Notes under the pieces: generated by a model | The model's input: the letters and a program-made list of their open reading frames with translations, nothing else | What the model was told of the DNA's origin: nothing | The model's database searches: none | Shown: one piece after another, positions 30,441-39,907 of the stretch | Layout: every line of letters starts with the position of its first letter | Numbering within the stretch: position 1 is the first letter of the stretch | Translations under genes and position numbers: made by a program | NCBI GenBank assembly: GCA_041743525.1 | Contig: JBGTMN010000035.1 | Coordinates: forward strand, 1 to 55,372 | Direction: 5' to 3' | Source of the DNA: Candidatus Saccharimonadales bacterium | GTDB lineage: Bacteria > Patescibacteriota > Saccharimonadia > Saccharimonadales > UBA4665 | DNA: 55,372 bases

Positions 30441-31301
30441 ATGGTTATACTTATTCTTGTAGTGCTGGGATTGTGTCTGGGTAGTTTTATAAACGCGTTC
30501 GTGTGGCGACTGTATAAACAGGAAGAATTGGCGGATCAAAAGGGCGTAAAAAAGGCTGTCAGTAAAATCAAGCAGAAGCTGAAACATGAAGACCTGTCTA
30601 TTACCACGGGGCGGAGTATGTGTAGCAACTGCCACCACCCGTTGGCTGCGAAGGATCTTATCCCGGTAATCAGTTATATATCTCTAAAAGGTAAATGTCG
30701 TTACTGCAAAAAACCGATCCAAGATACGCCGTTGCCAGAACTGTTACTTCCACTAATATTTGTAGTATCGTACATATTCTGGCCGGAGCCGTTAGAAGGT
30801 AAAGGGTTATTCCTGTTTATATTCTGGCTGATTTTCCTTTTAGGATTTGTGATCTTGACGGTGTACGATCTGCGCTGGCAGATATTACCCAACAAAGTCG
30901 TGTACCCGCTTGCTGGGCTTGCCCTTGGTCAAGTACTGATTGTGGCTGTGTTCTTTGAGGGAGGAATAGATACTATTTTGGGAGCGGCGGCCGGAGTGCT
31001 GGTAGGTAGCGGTATCTTTTATGCTTTGTTCCAGTACTCCAAAGGAAAGTGGATTGGCGGTGGCGATGTCAAGCTCGGCCTCGTGTTTGGTTTATTGGCT
31101 GGCAGTGCGGGCAATGCTTTTCTTATTATATTTTTGGCGTCTTTGATTGGAACTTTGGTAGCGGTTCCTTTGCTGGCGACAAAAAAAGCAGACAGAAATA
31201 CCCATCTTCCATTCGGACCTTTCCTGATCGCGGCAACTTTTATAGTTGTCTTATTCGGACGAAATATTCTTGATTGGTATGCCAACCAATTCATGCTGTA
31301 A
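30441..31301 (+). CDS. pilD: Prepilin peptidase / N-methyltransferase PilD (A24 family)
   Basis: CSNCHH...CRYCKK zinc motif. Polytopic core with GGGDVKL. ATG 30441 is preferred because the TTG at 30408 lies inside the terminator. Confidence 0.85.
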   Translation: MVILILVVLGLCLGSFINAFVWRLYKQEELADQKGVKKAVSKIKQKLKHEDLSITTGRSMCSNCHHPLAAKDLIPVISYISLKGKCRYCKKPIQDTPLPELLLPLIFVVSYIFWPEPLEGKGLFLFIFWLIFLLGFVILTVYDLRWQILPNKVVYPLAGLALGQVLIVAVFFEGGIDTILGAAAGVLVGSGIFYALFQYSKGKWIGGGDVKLGLVFGLLAGSAGNAFLIIFLASLIGTLVAVPLLATKKADRNTHLPFGPFLIAATFIVVLFGRNILDWYANQFML

Positions 31302-31341
31302 AATTCCTGTCATATAACATGCTTATGGTATACTTCAGTGT

Positions 31342-32208
31342 ATGAAGACTCATACTAAGTCTATGGGGCGGGGCGGGTTCACCATAATAGAAGTCCTGAT
31401 CGTACTGGCGATTACTGGAGCGCTATTCGTGAGTGCATTATCTTTGATCTCCGGTCGCCAGAACAAGACGCAGTTCGCGCAGGGCGCACGGGACGCGCAG
31501 GCGAAGATACAACAAGCAGCGAATGAGGTGTCCAGCGGCTATTTTAAACATGACGGCAGCATGGAATGCGAGGTAAGTCCCTCAGAAAGATTACGTATTT
31601 CGACGTCAGGCGGAAGCATTGAACGGGGAACGAGCAAGGAATGCACGTTCGTCGGAAAAGCACTGCAATTCGACGTGGCTGGCTCTGCCAATAACGAATT
31701 GGTACATGTCTATGGCGTATTGGGCCGTAGAACCAACGCGTCCGGAACGTTTACTACCTTGGACGACGCTCGCCCGAAGGTAGCGGCTATATCAGTTTCA
31801 AACCAGCCTACTGACGTGCCGGAAGGCATGTACGATGTCCAGGAATTGATATCTGGACTTTCGGTAGTCCGAATTACCTACGGTAGTTCGGCGCCATCAA
31901 GCCCTCAGATCGGAGCTTTCGCCTTTATTTCGCAGATTGGTTCCCTTGGTGCTACGGATGGGTCTCAGCAGGTCAATGTGGTGGCACTTCCCGGGACTAC
32001 TTTTAGCCAGTCGAAAATTCAAGGCGTCAGAGATATAAATGATGCGCTCGATGGCATATCCCCGACTCTCATAAACCCCGTAGGTGGTATACATGTCTGC
32101 CTAAAGAGTGGTACTACGAACAATCAGTCCGTGCTGCTGTCCGTCGGTTCTGGAGGGCGCGCCAGCGAAGTAGACCTACGGATAATGGGAACGGACAACT
32201 GCACATGA
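31342..32208 (+). CDS. Prepilin-type minor pilin
   Basis: GRGG|FTIIEVLIVLAITGALFV motif. Confidence 0.75.
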   Translation: MKTHTKSMGRGGFTIIEVLIVLAITGALFVSALSLISGRQNKTQFAQGARDAQAKIQQAANEVSSGYFKHDGSMECEVSPSERLRISTSGGSIERGTSKECTFVGKALQFDVAGSANNELVHVYGVLGRRTNASGTFTTLDDARPKVAAISVSNQPTDVPEGMYDVQELISGLSVVRITYGSSAPSSPQIGAFAFISQIGSLGATDGSQQVNVVALPGTTFSQSKIQGVRDINDALDGISPTLINPVGGIHVCLKSGTTNNQSVLLSVGSGGRASEVDLRIMGTDNCT

Positions 32209-32939
32209 TCCATGCTAAACAAAGTGAACGTGGGTTCACGATTATTGAACTGATGATAGCGATGATGGTTTTTTCGGTCATTTTATTAGTCGTGACTGCG
32301 GGGATTATGCGATTTACCAAGCAGTATTATAAAGGGGTTATATCCGGACAAACCCAAAACACGGCACGAGCTATTATTGATGACCTGACCCGATCTATAC
32401 AGTTTAATGGCGGTAACGTGACGCCGCTCAAAACAAATGCAAGTGATCCCGCGACGACACCACCAAGGGGCTATTGCATAGGCAACAATAAAATGTATAG
32501 CTTCAGAAAAGGATACCAGGTAAAAGACAACGGTGCATTAACTGGCTTACAGAGCCGCCATGGACTGGTTTCTGAATCGGTTTCGGGCTGTTCTTCGGCT
32601 TCTCTGGCTCGTGACACCGTGACATTGCCGTTGGCTCTGACCGGGACGAACTCCCGGGAGATGCTAGGTAACAATATGCGACTAGGTCGATTATCGATTG
32701 AGTCAGGTGGCGTGCCTAGCTTGTACGTACTTAGTGTCAAGGTATTGTACGGAGATAACGAGTTGCTGTGTAGCCCATCGGTGACTCCTGCTACGGGTCC
32801 AGGAGGCTGCGCGGCTACCGCTCCAGTTAACACTACCGTCCTAGAGAACAACGACGATATCCGCTGCAAGACGACGACTAACGCGGAATTCTGCGCCGTG
32901 TCCGAGCTTAAAACTACTATTAACAAGCGACTTAACTAG
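32205..32939 (+). CDS. Prepilin-type minor pilin
   Basis: SERG|FTIIELMIAMMVFSVILLVV motif, 4-nt overlap with the upstream gene. Confidence 0.75.
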   Translation: MIHAKQSERGFTIIELMIAMMVFSVILLVVTAGIMRFTKQYYKGVISGQTQNTARAIIDDLTRSIQFNGGNVTPLKTNASDPATTPPRGYCIGNNKMYSFRKGYQVKDNGALTGLQSRHGLVSESVSGCSSASLARDTVTLPLALTGTNSREMLGNNMRLGRLSIESGGVPSLYVLSVKVLYGDNELLCSPSVTPATGPGGCAATAPVNTTVLENNDDIRCKTTTNAEFCAVSELKTTINKRLN

Positions 32940-32949
32940 GAAGTAATCC

Positions 32950-34554
32950 ATGAAAAAACCTCCAGTAATCAAAAAAAATGTATCAGAGGCGGGCATTGTT
33001 TCTATAATGGTGACACTTATCCTGATGATGGTGATTACGCTCATTGTTCTTGGTTTTGCTCAGGTGTCCCGCCGCGAGCAGCGGCAATCTCTAGACAGGC
33101 AACTGAGCGCCCAGGCATTCTTCGCCGCAGAAAGCGGTGTGAACGACGCGCGTAAAGGACTGACAGATGCGCTACAAAACCCGCTCTTAGATAAAGAAAA
33201 AACTGATTGTGCGACCAGCTCGACATCTCCAGCTCCTTATAACTTTGATTCGAACATAGACGCCGCCAACAATGTAGCATATACATGCATGCTGGTCTCG
33301 ACGAAACTGGACAATATACAGCAGACAATCGAAGCCGACGGAAAATCGGTAACGATCCCGATAAATACCGGATCCACTAACTTGAGATCCCTGGAAATAG
33401 TCTGGGCCGTGCCTACTTCAGGCAATAACATTTCCACGTGTCAAAGTGGTTCGTCTATCCCGTCTGTCGGATCGTTGCCAAAAGCCAATGCTTGGACGTG
33501 TCCTTACGGAGTGCTTAGGATGGAAGTGCAGAACACTGCCGCTGGCCAACTTACCAGGACTGCGCTCAATGCCAATCAGCGCACGGCTTTCTTTTACCCA
33601 GTCAGTGCGTCAACGGGCTCAATAAACTATGCGGCCATGAAGGGGGCAGTAGCCCCGATCTCCTGCAATGCGTCGACTTGCCGGACTGTTATAACTGACC
33701 TGAATGGCACCAGTTTTTCGCTTCGCCTCAGTGCCTTATATAAAGGAGGTACATTTACCATTAGGGCTTTAGATAATGGCGACAATCCAATCATGCTGGA
33801 CGGCGTTCAGGCTCAGGTTGATGTCACTGGTAAGGCTCAGGACGTCTTACGCCGTATACAGGTGCGATTCTCTCTGATACCTGGTATTGGGAGTGACCGG
33901 GCGGAATATGCTATTGCTTCCGCTAGCTCGCTCTGCAAACGCTTCGAGGTAATCCGTTCCACCAACACCTTCAGGATTCCGGGCGATATCGTCAATCAGG
34001 ACGAGAATAATCCGATGTGCAAGAGTACGAGCAGCGGTCCACCGCCACCGCCACCGCCACTGATTTGCCCTAATACCGTTAGCTTCGACTTTGGCTTGCA
34101 GGTAGGTACGTGGCAGCCATATCACCTTACCGGTCAGCCTTGGTATGACTCGGTCACCGGCGTCATAATTGCTCCACCTAAACTGACATATTCTCTATTT
34201 GCAGACAAAGTCCCGGATCTCGTGAATATTAACGCCGGTTGCCGTTATGCAGTAACGATAGGTGGTTACGATGACAGTCATCCGCACATCCCGCCTTCCG
34301 AACAGCCAAACGAACGATTTGCTGCGGCGTTTTACGATGGCGGTATCTCTGTGGCTCCGCGTACCGACATGACAGATGACTGGCCTGACGCGTATAAAGT
34401 GGGTCCGAAGAAAACGACTAATATATGTTTCAGCGGTACACCTGACGAGATCAGGTTCCAACATCATAACTTAGTTACTGGTGACTACAGTGATACTAAT
34501 AGTGTCCAGGTACTGGATATTGAGATGCAGCTAATTGGCACTTGCGTCCCTTGA
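32950..34554 (+). CDS. PilX-like protein with poly-proline linker and an extra C-terminal domain
   Basis: PilX-type N-terminus (SEAGIVSIMVTLILMMVITLIVLGFAQ). SGPPPPPPPLICP linker followed by an approximately 165-aa C-terminal domain. Confidence 0.6.
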   Translation: MKKPPVIKKNVSEAGIVSIMVTLILMMVITLIVLGFAQVSRREQRQSLDRQLSAQAFFAAESGVNDARKGLTDALQNPLLDKEKTDCATSSTSPAPYNFDSNIDAANNVAYTCMLVSTKLDNIQQTIEADGKSVTIPINTGSTNLRSLEIVWAVPTSGNNISTCQSGSSIPSVGSLPKANAWTCPYGVLRMEVQNTAAGQLTRTALNANQRTAFFYPVSASTGSINYAAMKGAVAPISCNASTCRTVITDLNGTSFSLRLSALYKGGTFTIRALDNGDNPIMLDGVQAQVDVTGKAQDVLRRIQVRFSLIPGIGSDRAEYAIASASSLCKRFEVIRSTNTFRIPGDIVNQDENNPMCKSTSSGPPPPPPPLICPNTVSFDFGLQVGTWQPYHLTGQPWYDSVTGVIIAPPKLTYSLFADKVPDLVNINAGCRYAVTIGGYDDSHPHIPPSEQPNERFAAAFYDGGISVAPRTDMTDDWPDAYKVGPKKTTNICFSGTPDEIRFQHHNLVTGDYSDTNSVQVLDIEMQLIGTCVP

Positions 34555-34676
34555 TTTAATTTCATAAGTGTTTAACAGTACGAAAATGTACTCTTGCCAC
34601 CCGTCAAAATATTTAAAGACATAGCATATTACTTTATCCTGAGGAAGAGTATTGCCGTAAGACACGGGTGGTAAAT

Positions 34677-35594
34677 TTAGGCAGCGGACTTGCCGTGGAA
34701 CCGCTCGTGGATGTCTTTTAAATGAGGGTCGGTCACGTGCGTATAAATCTGTGTTGTTGATATGTTGCTGTGTCCTAGCATGGCTTGAACGGAGCGCAGG
34801 TCGGCACCGTTCATCAGCAGATCTGTTGCGAACGAATGCCGCAGCGTATGCGGTGAGACGTGCTTGGTAATGCCGGCCATAAGTGCGTGGTTGGCTACCA
34901 GCCGCTGCACGCTCCGTGCGGTTAAGCGGTGATAATTACCACTTGTATCCACGGTTTTCCGGCCGCCGTAACGGGCGAAAAGCGGCTGGGCATTGTCTTT
35001 ACGCATGTCTAGGTAAGCCTGTATCCATTCGGCGGCAGGCGGACTTATGAATATCGGCCGGTCTTTCTGGCCTTTTCCGCGCACCATGAATTCGCGCCGT
35101 TTAAGATTGATGTGATCTTTGTCTAGCGCCACAAGTTCGGACACGCGTAGTCCGCTGGAAAACAGCAGTTCAAGTATGGCCCGGTCGCGCAGGCCGGCGA
35201 TAGTCGTCAGGTCCGGCTGGTCGAATAGCCGAGCTATTTCGTCCTCGTTCAGGAACGTGACCTGCTTGCGGGTCGTTTTAGCCAGCTCTATCTTGTCGGC
35301 AGGCAAGGCAAGGATGTCCCGTTTGGCGCAGTACTTCAAGAAGCTTCGCAGTGCAATCAGATGGTAATTTTGGGTGTTCTTCTGTAGCTCATCGCTGGTG
35401 TTGCTGCCCAATCGGTTCAGCCACAGCCGCCATTTCCGGATAAGTTCCGGTTTGATATCTTTGACGTCTATGTCTCCTGCAAAATCACTGAGGCGCGTCA
35501 GATAGTGGTCGTAGTTGCGGATAGTCCGCTGTGACCGGCCTTGCTCGATCTCCATGTATTCCAAAAAGTCGGCTTTGAGTTTGGTAAAAAGCAT
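34677..35594 (-). CDS. Tyrosine site-specific recombinase (XerC/XerD family)
   Basis: SAM-like N-domain. Catalytic region ...HTLRHSFATDLLMNGADLRSVQAMLGHSNISTTQIYTHV. Confidence 0.85.
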   Translation of the reverse strand: MLFTKLKADFLEYMEIEQGRSQRTIRNYDHYLTRLSDFAGDIDVKDIKPELIRKWRLWLNRLGSNTSDELQKNTQNYHLIALRSFLKYCAKRDILALPADKIELAKTTRKQVTFLNEDEIARLFDQPDLTTIAGLRDRAILELLFSSGLRVSELVALDKDHINLKRREFMVRGKGQKDRPIFISPPAAEWIQAYLDMRKDNAQPLFARYGGRKTVDTSGNYHRLTARSVQRLVANHALMAGITKHVSPHTLRHSFATDLLMNGADLRSVQAMLGHSNISTTQIYTHVTDPHLKDIHERFHGKSAA

Positions 35595-35731
35595 AGGCTC
35601 ATTGTATCACTACAGTAGTGACGTTCGGTTTTCCTAATTGAGATACAGCTTCACATAACATTGGCGATGGCGGTAGCGGCTAACAGCTTAATCTGTTACA
35701 ATTACCCCTAATTAAACAAGGATATGTATAG

Positions 35732-36196
35732 ATGGAACGAACACTGGTGATTGCCAAGCCGGATGCAGTGCAACGAGGGCTTATTGGTGAGATTATTTTA
35801 CGAATGGAGCGCAAGGGGCTCAAGCTCATAGGGCTCAAGATGATACGGCTCGATAGCGACTTACTTCAGAAGCATTACCAGGAGCATCTCGAAAAGCCTT
35901 TTTATGCTGGTTTAGAAGAATTTATGAAAAGTTCGCCGGTCGTCGTCATGGCATGGGAAGGCTACGAATGTGTATCGAGTGTCCGTTTGTTAGTGGGTGC
36001 GACAAATCCGCGTCAGGCAGATGCCGGAACGGTACGTGGCGACTTTGCTATCGGTACTGGACGCAATCTGATACATGCTTCCGACAGCAAAGAGTCCGGC
36101 GAGTCCGAAGTTTCCCGCTTCTTTACGGGCGATGAACTCATGGACTACGAAAAGTCCGAATACCTGCATGTGTACGAAGGTTTTGAGCGTGACTAG
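35732..36196 (+). CDS. ndk: Nucleoside diphosphate kinase
   Basis: MERTLVIAKPDAVQRGLIGEI..., ...RNLIHASDS..., 154 aa. Confidence 0.9.
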   Translation: MERTLVIAKPDAVQRGLIGEIILRMERKGLKLIGLKMIRLDSDLLQKHYQEHLEKPFYAGLEEFMKSSPVVVMAWEGYECVSSVRLLVGATNPRQADAGTVRGDFAIGTGRNLIHASDSKESGESEVSRFFTGDELMDYEKSEYLHVYEGFERD

Positions 36197-36321
36197 CCCC
36201 AAACTAACTCCTAAGTAAGGAGCGGTTTTGCGCAGCTGTTGTACACCGTCTTTCGTTGCGCCGTGTTTCTGCTCGGTATTCATAATTGCCGTATAAACGT
36301 CAGCTACGGTATACTGTGCTT

Positions 36322-37860
36322 ATGTTTAGGGTCGTTGCTAGTAGAGTTTTAAAGAATTTGAAACAAAAATCACAAATTTTGGTTGTCGGGGCAGTAATTC
36401 TTCTCATTTCCTTTGCCGGCATATACTTTCTCTCCCTCTCATCTGCCGCTACAATCGCCGTAAACGTTGAACCAGAACTGGGTTCTCCTTCTGACGGGGC
36501 GGAAATTATGTCTGACTCTGCCGCTTCAGGTGGCGGTGCTATATCTTTCCGTAAGCCAACGGTAGCAGCTACAAGCTGTTCGTCTGTTTCCCAACACGGT
36601 ATTGTGTGGAAATTAGACAAATCCTACCCATGCGGTAAATTCGCCAATGGAGACTTCTGGGTTACCCCAGCAAGTTCGGGAGGATCGGTTGTTATTACGT
36701 CTATGACGCCGGACTATTCTTCCGGCAGGCACGGATGGATGGTGAATCCTATTGACTCCGCTATGAACTACGACGACCGTATCAGCAGTAGTTTTGATGC
36801 TTCTAAAATACCCGTTCTGCCTTATGCTGCAAAAGGAAACAGTTCAATTGTGAAATCTATATCAAATAGCGGTGGATGCGGCAATACATCCGGACATCCT
36901 CCGTGCTTAAAGACGGCTGCAGTGCTTACGGTATTGCCGACTGTCCCACCGAACAACGGGTCAGGCACATTCCGGCCACCATACTTTGGCACGGCGAAAC
37001 CGCTTTACTCAGTCAGTCAGCTGCAAACTAACCTGTTACCAGCTTTAGCGCCAGTCGGCTCTGGCCCAACGCTTGATCAGATAGAAACTCGGTTCCAGAG
37101 AGTTCAGCTCGATCATAGTGGCAGCTGGCGCGGCCGATATCACCATCCGGCTGACAATTATATGAATTTTAGTGGCACTGGAGTCAGTAACTATGGTTCT
37201 GATCTGGCACGCGACAATAACGATGCAGCTCTCCGACTGATGCTGAGTGACTCTGTCAGCGCCAAAATGCCAGCACTTGTTAACTACGTACAGGCCGGCA
37301 TAGATTGGTATGGGGCGTCCAAGGGAGGGATTGACTACAATGCCGACGGCGGGCATTTCAATGGTCGAAAACTTCCGATTACATTCGCAGCCATACTCTT
37401 GAACGATGCTAATATGAAATCATATGTAGCTACATCGGGTGCCGCTGAATTCAGTGAAAACGGACAAGTTTACCATTCAAGTAAAGCCGGTAGGGCTCTG
37501 TGGGGGAGACCCTGTGGCGGTTCTACTTATTATACTGTTCTGAATGGCGGTAGCGGTGCCCGCGACTGTCGCGACCCGATCGAGATGATAGATGGCGGCG
37601 AAGTAGCAGGGGGAGTATATCAAAAATGCTGCACCAGTAAGAACTTTAAAGGTGCGTCCGCGGCCGTACGGCTATTGCCGGGCGCGGAAGCTGTCTGGAA
37701 TTACAGCCCATTCCATGAATACGTTGATCGCTGGGTCAGCTTTGGTACGTGGTCAAATCCCGATCCCGAAAGCCGCTTCTTATCAAGGCACGGAACCGAA
37801 GCAGATACCGGGTCGTATGGCTCGTCATTCCAAAACGCAATGTACTCGACTTATAAATAA
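36322..37860 (+). CDS. Secreted or anchored hypothetical protein (possible polysaccharide-active enzyme)
   Basis: ATG 36322 (MFRVVASR...), signal anchor, then NVEPELGSPSDGAEIMSDSAASGGGAISF. No recognisable catalytic motif. Confidence 0.6.
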   Translation: MFRVVASRVLKNLKQKSQILVVGAVILLISFAGIYFLSLSSAATIAVNVEPELGSPSDGAEIMSDSAASGGGAISFRKPTVAATSCSSVSQHGIVWKLDKSYPCGKFANGDFWVTPASSGGSVVITSMTPDYSSGRHGWMVNPIDSAMNYDDRISSSFDASKIPVLPYAAKGNSSIVKSISNSGGCGNTSGHPPCLKTAAVLTVLPTVPPNNGSGTFRPPYFGTAKPLYSVSQLQTNLLPALAPVGSGPTLDQIETRFQRVQLDHSGSWRGRYHHPADNYMNFSGTGVSNYGSDLARDNNDAALRLMLSDSVSAKMPALVNYVQAGIDWYGASKGGIDYNADGGHFNGRKLPITFAAILLNDANMKSYVATSGAAEFSENGQVYHSSKAGRALWGRPCGGSTYYTVLNGGSGARDCRDPIEMIDGGEVAGGVYQKCCTSKNFKGASAAVRLLPGAEAVWNYSPFHEYVDRWVSFGTWSNPDPESRFLSRHGTEADTGSYGSSFQNAMYSTYK

Positions 37861-37932
37861 AAGCAAGTTATGAACGACCTACCTGACCAGTAGTATTGTT
37901 ATAGCCCAGAATCGGGTATAATAACGCTCGTT

Positions 37933-38007
37933 GCCCCCGTAGTTCAATGGATAAAACAACTCCGTCCTAAGGAGAAGCTAGCGGTTCGAGTCCGTTCGGG
38001 GGCACCA
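37933..38007 (+). tRNA. tRNA-Arg (anticodon CCT), CCA encoded
   Basis: Acceptor GCCCCCG/CGGGGGC, anticodon loop GTCCTAA, T-arm AGCGG-TTCGAGT-CCGTT, 3-prime ACCA. Confidence 0.85.
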
Positions 38008-38019
38008 TTTCAAAGCCAA

Positions 38020-39183
38020 TCAGTTGTATCCCGGAGAGATGTAATTCATGCCGGGCAGGGATGCTGGAGCGTAATCTCCGGCTGGCGGAAGGCCTTTGTA
38101 TATCCGACCCTTGCCGCCGTTGCCGTTGTTTATGCCGTTGACTACTTTTGATTGTAGAGGCTCTGCGTACTGTCCGGTAGAATCCGACCCGAATGTGACC
38201 ATATTTGAGTAAAATCCGCTCGTGGCGCCACTGTCTGTCCATGTCCAGTTCGGGCCGAGCTGGTAGTACACGCTATTTCCCTGGAAAGTGAACGGCCCCT
38301 GCAGATTGCCGCTGGCAGTCACGAAGTTGATCAGTTTCTTTTGCTGGCCGGCTTTCGTATCTCCCCGGAAATTCACCCTGTCATAAATGCTGGTTTTCCA
38401 AGGAGTTTTGAGTGCACCGTCACCGAACATCCCACCCTGGTAGGGGTTTATGATAGTCACGTTGTTCATATACAGGCTTTCGATGCCTCCCCACGATTGA
38501 AACCCGTCCGTGTGATATACTTTGTCGGCCACATCGGTCAATCCCGAGACAATGGTGTTCGATTCGAGCCGTGAATTCTGAATGACGAATCTGCGGCTAC
38601 TCTGCTCATTGGCCTGGATACTGTCGAGTGCGTACTGCCCGTGTACATGCAACCCTTCGATGTATATGGTGCCGGTATTCGAACCCTTGAATATAAGTCC
38701 GTTGCGGTAGTTATAATAATTGCCCTGCGTGGAGCTGTATGTGGTATTGGATTCAGGGGACGCGATATTTATTTCACCGCCTATGATCTTGATATTCCGA
38801 CCACCCACGAACGTCAGTCTCGCTTTGGCAGGGGAGTCGAAGACTATGTGATAATCCGTGTTGGCGGCAAGTACGTATTCCTTTCTTGTAATATTGCCGC
38901 CGACCTTGAGCGTCGTCCAGGATGAGCTTGCCGGCGGCGACCATCGGAGCTTGGGTTGTCCGGAAGTAGCTCCGCTGAATTTCACTGATTTTCCGGAAGA
39001 TGCCCCGGAATCCGTCACGACAGTGGCCCCGGAACCGATTGTGCCGTTTTCGGGTTCTATCGACATGAACGGGGTAGATGCGGAAGTGAGCAGGGCAGCT
39101 GCCAGTCCAATGACACCGAAACCGGTGATGACGAGCACGGGCACTTTCCAGGTAGATTTTTTTGGTTTCACGGCTTTTTTCAT
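38020..39183 (-). CDS. Secreted or anchored protein, right-handed beta-helix-like (possible glycan lyase or hydrolase)
   Basis: Signal anchor, SIEPENGTIGSGATVVTDSGASSGKSVKF motif, then repeated short beta-strand segments (IIGGEINI, IYIEGLHVHG, IQNSRLESN). Confidence 0.55.
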   Translation of the reverse strand: MKKAVKPKKSTWKVPVLVITGFGVIGLAAALLTSASTPFMSIEPENGTIGSGATVVTDSGASSGKSVKFSGATSGQPKLRWSPPASSSWTTLKVGGNITRKEYVLAANTDYHIVFDSPAKARLTFVGGRNIKIIGGEINIASPESNTTYSSTQGNYYNYRNGLIFKGSNTGTIYIEGLHVHGQYALDSIQANEQSSRRFVIQNSRLESNTIVSGLTDVADKVYHTDGFQSWGGIESLYMNNVTIINPYQGGMFGDGALKTPWKTSIYDRVNFRGDTKAGQQKKLINFVTASGNLQGPFTFQGNSVYYQLGPNWTWTDSGATSGFYSNMVTFGSDSTGQYAEPLQSKVVNGINNGNGGKGRIYKGLPPAGDYAPASLPGMNYISPGYN

Positions 39184-39346
39184 TGCTATCTCTGATTATA
39201 CCCCGATTTATCTTTAATCATAAGCATGGTAGCTAGAGCATGATTTGATAGGGGTAAATCCCGTGGTAGCGGCCAGTCACAGCCGCGTTCCGAGAGCTGG
39301 TTTCAATCAGGGCGTTAATCTGTCATAATGCTATTGGTTAGCAATT

Positions 39347-39907
39347 ATGGCACAAAAATATTTTGAAGATCAGTTTGATGACGAGGAAGTGCTATACGTA
39401 TTCCGTAAGCATCCCGTGGTTATGCGTAAAGGTCTTATCATTGGCATGGTCGCCTGGCTTGTCGGGCCGGTTTATACGCTGGCGCTTACGTATCTGCGGC
39501 CGGATGCTATGCCAACCGTCAATTTCTTTTTCGGCAGCCTTATTGCCAGCATTTTGCTTGGTTGCTTACTTTTTGTCCCGTCATGGCTGAGCTGGTATTT
39601 CAGTGTGTTCATCGTTACCGACCAGCGCTTCATTCAGATCACTCAGAAGGGGCTGTTTAGTCGCAGTGTCGTGGATATGGGGATTGATCAGATTCAGATG
39701 GTAAACTACGAAGTTGCCGGATTGCAGGAAACGTTGCTGGGATTTGGTACAATAACAATGCAGACGTTCGTTGGAGACCTCGTGATACATGACATTCATC
39801 ATCCTGCCCATATTCAAAAGAAGATGTTGCAGATTCTGCGCCAGCAAGGCGTCACGGCTAATCCTCGAACAACTGTAACGGAGCTCGTCAGTGAAAATAA
39901 CGCATAA
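39347..39907 (+). CDS. Bacterial PH-domain (YdbS/YdbT-like) membrane protein
   Basis: EEVLYVFRKHPVVM, two TM helices, then ...VTDQRFIQITQKGLFSRSV... Confidence 0.6.
   Translation: MAQKYFEDQFDDEEVLYVFRKHPVVMRKGLIIGMVAWLVGPVYTLALTYLRPDAMPTVNFFFGSLIASILLGCLLFVPSWLSWYFSVFIVTDQRFIQITQKGLFSRSVVDMGIDQIQMVNYEVAGLQETLLGFGTITMQTFVGDLVIHDIHHPAHIQKKMLQILRQQGVTANPRTTVTELVSENNA

Noticed and set aside
17830-34554. A missing pilQ secretin as evidence of an incomplete or degraded pilus system.
   Set aside because: Absence of a secretin is expected for a monoderm envelope. All inner-membrane and cytoplasmic components are intact, so this is not treated as a defect.
34596-34676. Long-range inverted repeat CCACCCGT...ACGGGTGG between the convergent PilX-like and xer genes, as a terminator or dif-like site.
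   Set aside because: The arms are about 55 nt apart, with no U-run and no resemblance to the dif consensus that I can verify. It is too weak to call.
37967-38242. 91-aa minus-strand ORF overlapping tRNA-Arg and the 3-prime end of the 38020..39183 gene.
   Set aside because: It overlaps a well-formed tRNA and is out of frame with a much longer ORF that has a signal anchor.
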